DNA from: an uncultured Candidatus Saccharibacteria bacterium | GTDB taxonomy: Bacteria > Patescibacteriota > Doudnabacteria > UBA920 | Assembly: GCA_964612745.1 (NCBI GenBank) | Contig: CAZTCH010000007.1 | Location: 1,327 to 65,326 of the forward strand | Length of the DNA: 64,000 bases | Direction of reading: 5' to 3' | Part shown: in pieces, positions 57,553-64,000 of the stretch | Layout of the letters: each line of letters starts with the position of its first letter | Numbering within the stretch: position 1 is the first letter of the stretch | Notes under the pieces: model-generated | The model's database searches: none | The model's input: only the letters and a program-made list of their open reading frames with translations | Told to the model about the DNA's origin: nothing | Made by a program: the position numbers and the translations under genes

Positions 57553-59478
57553 TTACAGGCTCTTTTGCTTAAGGGTTTCTTCAAATGATTCGAGTACATC
57601 GCCTACTTGAACACGGTATGAGGATTTAATTTTCATACCAAATTCTCGTCCACTGGCAACTTCTTTGGTAGGGATTTTGCTTTCTTGTAACTCAAGAATT
57701 TCTACCCTCGCTACTTCTACGTCATTGCGGTGAATAGCAAGCTGTTTGCTTTTACGTAATTCGCCGCTTTTTACAATGCCACCAATAATCATTTGGCCTT
57801 TTTCTGTGCGGAAAATAGCCAAGATTTCACCTTTTCCAAAAGTGGTATGTTCGTATTCTGGCGTGAAGAGTTTTACAACAGCAGAAGTAATGTCTTCTAA
57901 AAGCTCGTAGATAACTGAGTAAGAGTCAATATTGACTTGCTTTTGCTTTGCAAGGTTAATTGCTTTCGGGTTTGTCTTTGCTCGGAAAGCGATAATTGTA
58001 GCGTTGCTGCTAGAAGCGAGCAATACATCTGATTCATTCACTTCCCCAACACCTTTGCTCACAATTTCGATTACGACTTCGTCGTTCTTTAGTTTTCCTA
58101 AAGATTGGTCTATAGCTTCTAAGCTTCCAGCTACGTCAGCTTTGATGATTAAGCTCAGGGTTTTGCTGTGTTCGTCGCCTTTGAGCTGTGTTTTGGCACG
58201 TAAGGTATGACTTCGTTGTTGGCGGAGTGCGAATTGGGCGATTCCCTTGGCTTTGTCTAGTTCTGCCATCTGTTGTAAGATATCGCCTGCCTCAGGGGCA
58301 ACAGAGAACCCAGCTATTTCTACTGGTGTTGCTGGTCCTGCGGACTTCAGCTTGCGCCCGCGTTCGTCTTCAAGGCTTTTTACCTTACCATAGCTCTTTC
58401 CAGCGACGAAGATGTCCCCTACGTGGAGTGTGCCGTTTTGTACCATAACAGTGGCAACAGCCCCTTTACCGCTTTCGGTGTGGGATTCAATAACAGTACC
58501 AGCAGTGGTTCCGTTAGGATTTGCTTTTAAATCTTCTATTTCTGCGAGTAATAACACCATGTCGAGAAGGTTAGTAATACCAGTCCCTTGTTTGGCAGAA
58601 ACTTCTACTGCTATTGTTTTTCCACCCCATTCTTCTGTTACAACACCTAGGTTGGCAAGCTCTTGCTTAACCTTCATAGGGTTAGCATTTTCTTTGTCTA
58701 CTTTGTTGATAGCAACAATAATTGGTACATCAGAAAACTTGGCACGGTTTATGACTTCAACAGTTTGTGGGCGTACGCCGTCGTCTGCTGCAACTACAAG
58801 AATGATAATATCTGTTACATTTGCACCTCGGGCACGCATTTCAGAAAAGGCTTCATGGCCTGGTGTGTCCAAGAAGGTTATGGTCTTTTCTTTGTGTTTT
58901 ACTTGGTAAGCACCAATATGCTGAGTAATTCCACCTGACTCTCCTTGCACCACGTGGGTATTGCGAATTGCATCTAGTAATGTTGTTTTTCCATGGTCAA
59001 CATGGCCCATTACTGCTACGATCGGGGGCCTGTGGGTTAGATTTTCAGCTGTTTCACTTGTGAGCAGTTCTTGTAGTTGTCCACTCCCAATGCTGCCTTC
59101 AGACTTTTCTTCTGCGACGACTTCAAAACCAAGATCCTGAGCGATAATGGCTGCTGTATCGTAGTCTACTTCTTCATTAATGGTTGCCATTACACCATTT
59201 TGAATGAGTACTTTGATGATTTCAGTTACCGGTCGTTTGAGCAGCTCTGCAAATTCTCGTACTTTTATGAATGGAGGAATAGAAACAACCCTTGTTTCTC
59301 CAGGTTTTTCTTCTGTGGCTGCAGTATTTTTAGCGTTTAGCGCATCGGAGATCTTGCGTGCCAAGTAGTTATCGATTTTATTCGCGCGAGCAGGGATCGG
59401 AAAACCAGCCTCAGCAGCCTTGTTTCTGAGGTCATTAATCGACATGTTAAGTTGTGACGAAAGGCTGGATAAATTCAT
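57553..59478 (-). CDS. infB: Translation initiation factor IF-2
   Basis: RPPIVAVMGHVDHGKTTLLD, GGITQHIGAY, DTPGHEAF, NKVD, IKADVAGS. Confidence 0.97.
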   Translation of the reverse strand: MNLSSLSSQLNMSINDLRNKAAEAGFPIPARANKIDNYLARKISDALNAKNTAATEEKPGETRVVSIPPFIKVREFAELLKRPVTEIIKVLIQNGVMATINEEVDYDTAAIIAQDLGFEVVAEEKSEGSIGSGQLQELLTSETAENLTHRPPIVAVMGHVDHGKTTLLDAIRNTHVVQGESGGITQHIGAYQVKHKEKTITFLDTPGHEAFSEMRARGANVTDIIILVVAADDGVRPQTVEVINRAKFSDVPIIVAINKVDKENANPMKVKQELANLGVVTEEWGGKTIAVEVSAKQGTGITNLLDMVLLLAEIEDLKANPNGTTAGTVIESHTESGKGAVATVMVQNGTLHVGDIFVAGKSYGKVKSLEDERGRKLKSAGPATPVEIAGFSVAPEAGDILQQMAELDKAKGIAQFALRQQRSHTLRAKTQLKGDEHSKTLSLIIKADVAGSLEAIDQSLGKLKNDEVVIEIVSKGVGEVNESDVLLASSSNATIIAFRAKTNPKAINLAKQKQVNIDSYSVIYELLEDITSAVVKLFTPEYEHTTFGKGEILAIFRTEKGQMIIGGIVKSGELRKSKQLAIHRNDVEVARVEILELQESKIPTKEVASGREFGMKIKSSYRVQVGDVLESFEETLKQKSL

Positions 59479-59575
59479 GAGTATGAACGCGCTATTTATT
59501 GGGCAATTAAACTTAATTTTACATAAAAAATAAGGAAAAAGCAAGTTTTTTAGCTTGCTTTAGTTGGTGCTAGTC

Positions 59576-60421
59576 CTAAAATGTCCTTTGTTTGCCTACT
59601 ATCATGCGTTGTTTGCGGTTTAGCATGCTTATCTTTACGGGGAATTTGGCCACAGGACGGCTAAACATGGTCAAGGTCTGCCCTTTTGGCTCAAGAAATT
59701 CAACAACTTTGCATTTAATAACAGTGTAGTTTGGGAGTTCTTCTAGCTGTCCTCTTGTTAAGACGTCTCGGAATTTAAGTATGTCGGATTTGCTTATTCG
59801 CTCAATAAGCAGCAAGTCCATTAGTCCATCTGTCGGATTGGCTATTTTTTCCTGTTTTGAGCTCGTACTTCTGCTATTTATGAGCAATCCTCCCATCCCT
59901 TCTATTTCAAGTTCATACGATTCGTCGATTCGCATTTTCCACTTTGTGACTGGTTTAGAAAGGAGTTGTAAAGTTTTCCACATTCCGGCCTGACTCAGGT
60001 TTTGGCTCGTGATTCCAAATTCAACAAAGCTAATGAAATGAAAGTTACCCAAGGTTGCAAGGTCGATTGGTACGATTCTTCTTGCAGCAATTGTTTTAAC
60101 TCCTGCTTCGAGCGATGGGATTCCTAGAATAGTAGATAAATATGAGGTCTTTGGGTCAAGTGGTAAAAATCCAACCAACAAATCTCGATGCTTAATTGCT
60201 GCGAGGACTTGGTTTAAAGTGTCATCGCTACCGCAAACGATAATCGTAGTGGCTCCTCTGCTCGCGGCAATACCCACTAAATCCTCCGCACTTCTTAAAG
60301 TAGTAATCCTGCCGATTTCTCCAGAGATGTTAAATTCGTGCAACAAACCTTGTAGTTGCACTTGAAATTGTTCGAATTTAGGTAGTGGTGTTTTCCCAGG
60401 ATCGAGTATGTAGTAATACAT
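59576..60421 (-). CDS. Diacylglycerol kinase family (DAGK-like) protein
   Basis: IIVCGSDDTLNQV (GGDGT-like), PIDLATL, PTDGLMDL. Confidence 0.75.
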   Translation of the reverse strand: MYYYILDPGKTPLPKFEQFQVQLQGLLHEFNISGEIGRITTLRSAEDLVGIAASRGATTIIVCGSDDTLNQVLAAIKHRDLLVGFLPLDPKTSYLSTILGIPSLEAGVKTIAARRIVPIDLATLGNFHFISFVEFGITSQNLSQAGMWKTLQLLSKPVTKWKMRIDESYELEIEGMGGLLINSRSTSSKQEKIANPTDGLMDLLLIERISKSDILKFRDVLTRGQLEELPNYTVIKCKVVEFLEPKGQTLTMFSRPVAKFPVKISMLNRKQRMIVGKQRTF

Positions 60422-60515
60422 AAAAAAAGGCACAGAGCATAACCTGTGTGCCTGTGCACTCTATGAACACAGTTGCTATGTGCACAGTTTGGTTTCTGCT
60501 CGATACCTGCTTTCT

Positions 60516-60908
60516 TTAGCTTTCTGGTTCTGGTTCTGCAGTTGCTTTTTTACTTCCTTTTTCAGTTGCAGACATGGAGCACTTACCATTAAAGGTTGCT
60601 CCGTCTTCGACTGATAGGATTGAGCAAGAAATGTCTCCAGAAAGTCTGGCTGTTTTCGAAAGGTTGAGACTACCAGATACTTTAATGTTGCCTTGTACTT
60701 CTCCTGCTATAGTGCAATTTCCCGCAAGGATATCGGCAGTAATTATTGCTGATTCACCAACAAAGACATTCTTTGTCGTTTTTACGGTACCATTGACCTG
60801 CCCTTCGATGCGAATGTTCCCTTCAGAGTTGAAGTCGCCTTGAATTTTTACTGAAGGCCCTACAACTGTTTCTGCTATTGCGTCTGCTCTGTCTGTGTTT
60901 TTGTCCAT
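60516..60908 (-). CDS. Bactofilin (polymer-forming cytoskeletal protein)
   Basis: TVVGPSVKIQGDF..IRIEGQVNG..IAGEVQGNI..VEDGATFNGKCSM. Confidence 0.92.
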   Translation of the reverse strand: MDKNTDRADAIAETVVGPSVKIQGDFNSEGNIRIEGQVNGTVKTTKNVFVGESAIITADILAGNCTIAGEVQGNIKVSGSLNLSKTARLSGDISCSILSVEDGATFNGKCSMSATEKGSKKATAEPEPES

Positions 60909-61035
60909 AATTGCTTAATAAATGGTAGGAAAAGTAAATATTTATTATGTGTTGCTTAGCCCTATTGTATCACTGTTTGCGCGTTGCTTTCAAATCAGTC
61001 TTTTGCTATTGTATTAATACTAATATATTCACACT

Positions 61036-61230
61036 ATGTCAAAGAATAAACAAAGTAGCCATACAGGAGTTAGCTCAGCTGATTTGGAAGAAACTACCTT
61101 AGTTAAAGCAGATTTGTTAAAAATTACTCTACTCAATACATTCTACTTAGCCTTAGTGCTCGCAGTATTCTACACAAACGGCAAAAGTCAGTATCTGGAA
61201 TCATTTTTCTCAAGAATATTTCAGTGGTAA
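61036..61230 (+). CDS. Small single-TM hypothetical protein
   Basis: One TM; followed by terminator AAAAAGCGCCTC...GAGGCGCTTTTT. Confidence 0.6.
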   Translation: MSKNKQSSHTGVSSADLEETTLVKADLLKITLLNTFYLALVLAVFYTNGKSQYLESFFSRIFQW

Positions 61231-61366
61231 AAAAGCGCCTCATTTACAGAGGCGCTTTTTTACTGTTTCATATGAAACTGATTCAGTGAATACTTTAGAT
61301 CGGTGCTGGTTTGCTAATACTCTCTCTTATATATGAGGTTTAGAGTAAGCCAAGTAAGGGAAAGTT

Positions 61367-61440
61367 TGGTGGACCTAGCGAGAATCGAACTCGCGTCTCA
61401 GCAATGCGAATGCCGCGTCTTACCACTGGACCATAGGCCC
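61367..61440 (-). tRNA. tRNA-Ala(CGC)
   Basis: GGGCCTA/TAGGTCC with G3:U70, CGGCA-TT CGC AT-TGCTG, CCA. Confidence 0.92.
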
Positions 61441-61567
61441 GCAGATATGTTTCATGTGAAAACACACATTGTACGGGAGTGTAACTTTATGACTAAAATC
61501 GTCATTTACCCACTATTCAATTGTACAGTATTATATAGTATTGTTTCAATATAACCGATAGAACTAT

Positions 61568-62044
61568 ATGTTGTTTAAAATAAAAATTATTTGCTTAGGC
61601 AAGTTTAAAGAAGCTGGATTTGTGGGTTTGGAGAATGAGTATTTAAAACGTTTGCGGCCGTACGCAAAAGTGGAACTTAAGGAGCTCAAAGAAGTTGCAT
61701 ATGAAACAGAGGATATGATTCAAAAAGTGAAGTCAGAAGAAGGGAAGCTTATTTTAAAGCATATTTCTGCTGACTCAATTGTGATTATATTAGAGGAAAA
61801 GGGTTTCATGAGAAGTTCTGTAGAATTTTCTGAATTCATGGAACGTTTAGGGTCCTTGGGAAGAGAGATGGTTTTTGTTATTGGTAGTGGTGTAGGCTTG
61901 GGAGATGAGGTTCGTGCAAGAGCAAACCACGTTATTTCACTGAGCCCCCTTACTTTTACGCATAATTTTGCTCGGGTATTACTGGAAGAGCAAATATACA
62001 GATCTGCAATGATTCTTACCGGTAGGAAGTATCATAAAGCTTAG
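61568..62044 (+). CDS. rlmH: 23S rRNA pseudouridine-1915 N3-methyltransferase RlmH
   Basis: EYLKRL, FVIGSGVGL, SLSPLTFTH..RVLLEEQIYRS..YHK. Confidence 0.95.
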   Translation: MLFKIKIICLGKFKEAGFVGLENEYLKRLRPYAKVELKELKEVAYETEDMIQKVKSEEGKLILKHISADSIVIILEEKGFMRSSVEFSEFMERLGSLGREMVFVIGSGVGLGDEVRARANHVISLSPLTFTHNFARVLLEEQIYRSAMILTGRKYHKA

Positions 62045-63342
62045 TCTGCGCTGTATAGAGAGCTAAGTAGCCAAAATAGCGTCACTGTTGTTGAGATGGT
62101 ATATATATAGTGGTCGAATAGCAAGAGTGGTATGATTGCTATAAAGACTGATAAATAAGCGAAATGATCGCTGTCCCCTGTATTATATATAGCTTTCCAA
62201 ATGTTTCGTATGAAACAAAACAACAGTAGTAGTAGGGCTGGGATACCTAATTCGGAGGCGTAGAGTAGGAAATAGTTATGTACTGGTTGAACTTCCCAAG
62301 GTTCTACATTTTTACCCAAGGATTGTTGCATGTGAAGCAAAGACTGGCCGGGGCCTACCCCAAATAATGGGTAATTGAGAATAGTGCTGATTGCTGCTTT
62401 GTTATAACTTTGTCTTTCTGTGGTGGCTGAGTCGGTCAGAGTAGCTCGAGGTTCGATCACAGATAGTAATATTGTTGTCATAATTACGCTTAAAAAAGCG
62501 CAATATAATAAAACTCTGTATAAATAAGCTAAACTGGTGACTTTCACTTTTCCAATTATTGCAAATAGAGCAAATGAGAGTATTCCAAGAATAGCAGCTA
62601 ACCACGCCGCCCTCGAAAAGGTCAGAATTACCCCCGTGAGTAGTATTAGTAAGCTGCATACTGTAGTAATTAATCGCAGTCTGCTGGAAGTTTCCTGTGA
62701 AACAGCACGTTTTAGTTGAATTATGAACGCAACAACTAGGATTCCACCAAGAATATTTGGGTGGGCGAAAGTGCCATACGGACGAATCAAGATTTGATTG
62801 AGTGATTCAATCTTCGCAACTCCATCTATATACGGGCCGAGGACTTGTTCACCAAATATATGCAAGCCTACATTGCTTTGCAGTGCAAACTGGCCCATGG
62901 CTAGTACAGTTTGTAGAATTCCCATGCCAATAAGAACCTTTTCGAAGACATTTCGTACTTCTACTATTTTGAGCAGTTGTGTTTCATGTAAAACATAGGC
63001 CTTTATAAGTAAAAGTAAATAATATATAGATATGGTAGGTATTAACAAGTTCTGATAGTTGAATACTACCGACATGAAGTGAAGTATGAGTAGTGCAGGA
63101 AATACATACGCCCACTTTGAGAGTGGTTTCAATTGTTTCTCAGCTCGGTTGTGCCAAATAAGCGCGCCAGCTGTCATGAGGACTACACAGTCACTAAAAA
63201 AGAGAATGAGAGAAAGAAAATCTTTCTTCTCACCTAAAAAGTAGCTAACGCTGCTGTCTAGTATAATCGGGGTTCCTACAAACAAGGAAAGGGTGAGTAG
63301 GCCGGTGAGTATTTGTTTTTGCCGAAGTTTGTTATGGAACAT
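62041..63342 (-). CDS. O-antigen ligase family (Wzy_C) membrane protein
   Basis: RPYGTFAHPN, LTFSRAAW, PLFGVGPG, PVHNYFL..SELG, FDHY. Confidence 0.88.
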   Translation of the reverse strand: MFHNKLRQKQILTGLLTLSLFVGTPIILDSSVSYFLGEKKDFLSLILFFSDCVVLMTAGALIWHNRAEKQLKPLSKWAYVFPALLILHFMSVVFNYQNLLIPTISIYYLLLLIKAYVLHETQLLKIVEVRNVFEKVLIGMGILQTVLAMGQFALQSNVGLHIFGEQVLGPYIDGVAKIESLNQILIRPYGTFAHPNILGGILVVAFIIQLKRAVSQETSSRLRLITTVCSLLILLTGVILTFSRAAWLAAILGILSFALFAIIGKVKVTSLAYLYRVLLYCAFLSVIMTTILLSVIEPRATLTDSATTERQSYNKAAISTILNYPLFGVGPGQSLLHMQQSLGKNVEPWEVQPVHNYFLLYASELGIPALLLLLFCFIRNIWKAIYNTGDSDHFAYLSVFIAIIPLLLFDHYIYTISTTVTLFWLLSSLYSAD

Positions 63343-63583
63343 GCTTGAATGCTTTACCAAGTTGCATCTATAGCATACTATATTATCACTCGGTGGGTAG
63401 CCTTTCCTTATTTCCAAGGCGTGCGTAGCTTGTAGTTGGTTGCTTCTTGTACCTCCGAGTGTATATGCTGGCAAGATTATTTTGCGCTAAATTTTTGATC
63501 TTCTCATAGTTCAATGGATAGAACAACCCCGACAGCGCGTCGGGGCTAACGTCTAGATCTTAGGCATGTCCGGCACCATTAGT

Positions 63584-63658
63584 CCCTTTGTAGCTCAATG
63601 GATAGAGCAGCTCCGTCCTAAGGAGACGATGGGGGTTCGATTCCCTCCAAGGGGACCA
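63584..63658 (+). tRNA. tRNA-Arg(CCU)
   Basis: CCCTTTG/CAAGGGG acceptor, CTCC-GT CCT AA-GGAG, GGTTCGATTCC, CCA. Confidence 0.85.
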
Positions 63659-63841
63659 GTGGTGCCGGATAAAATTCCTGGTGAGGAGACCAGTGATTTA
63701 GTGTGAAGTAGATTATCGGTTTAGAAGAATATGGCACGCTGGATGCTTGCTCTGAGCTCGGTGCTACTGCACTTTAGAGAGGCGAGGGTGAGTTGTGTCT
63801 TAGTATTTGCTATTATGTACTTAGAGTAATAACACAAACAC

Positions 63842-64000
63842 ATGACTGACACAGAACTAAAAAATTATTTAGAAGAGATTTCGGAGAGTACCCAAGTAAT
63901 TGCAAAAGGGTTGCCATGGTGGAGGGTTTTCTTAAACGGGGTTCTTGGTGGCTTTGGGTACGTACTTGGTTTTGTTTTTGCAGTTGCATTACTCGGTGTT
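63842..64000 (+). CDS. Membrane protein, partial (runs off the right edge)
   Basis: MTDTELKNYLEEI...WRVFLNGVLGGFGYVLG, open to the window end. Confidence 0.6.
   Translation, partial: MTDTELKNYLEEISESTQVIAKGLPWWRVFLNGVLGGFGYVLGFVFAVALLGV

Larger units (their letters stand above)
61264..62995. other. Cluster of parS-like ParB-binding palindromes
   Basis: 16-mers resembling TGTTTCACGTGAAACA at 61264, 61448, 61693, 62202, 62324, 62689, 62980. Confidence 0.8.

Noticed and set aside
61367-61440. tmRNA 3' end
   Set aside because: It folds as a complete 74-nt tRNA-Ala with an anticodon arm; there is no tag-coding region.
1-64000. Alternative genetic code (UGA = Gly, code 25)
   Set aside because: Long conserved genes are uninterrupted under code 11, and TGA ends genes (e.g. 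at 10498-10500).

Overview
Origin-of-replication region of a small-genome bacterium, most likely Patescibacteria/CPR. This is inferred from gene content, mostly SD-less starts, TrmB/PaaX-like regulators and giant surface proteins; TGA is used as stop, so genetic code 11. Core genes: polA (runs off the left edge), a PilB/GspE ATPase, tsaE, ruvB, recF-dnaN-dnaA with oriC between dnaN and dnaA, rpmH-rnpA-yidD-yidC-jag, PBP1A, tyrS, ruvC, yebC, rsmI, gyrA, rpsA, rbfA-infB, rlmH, nine tRNAs (one is a rare tRNA-Ile(UAU)) and a parS cluster at 61-63 kb. A ~17 kb cell-surface island separates dnaA from rpmH. It holds a frameshift-split giant fibre-like protein and a pilin/chaperone-like, cohesin and dockerin cluster. 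The most unusual signals are: (1) a ~140-160 nt structured element with covarying hairpins and a conserved GAATACTTGGA loop, arrayed behind the 3' ends of tRNA-Leu and tRNA-Gly and regenerating tRNA 3' ends; (2) two TrmB regulators, each divergent from a strongly SD-led, secreted, outer-membrane beta-barrel-like gene in an apparently monoderm lineage; (3) REP-like palindromes and 7-9-mer tracts, some inserted in frame into rpsA and yebC. All assignments were made by eye; no database searches were run.
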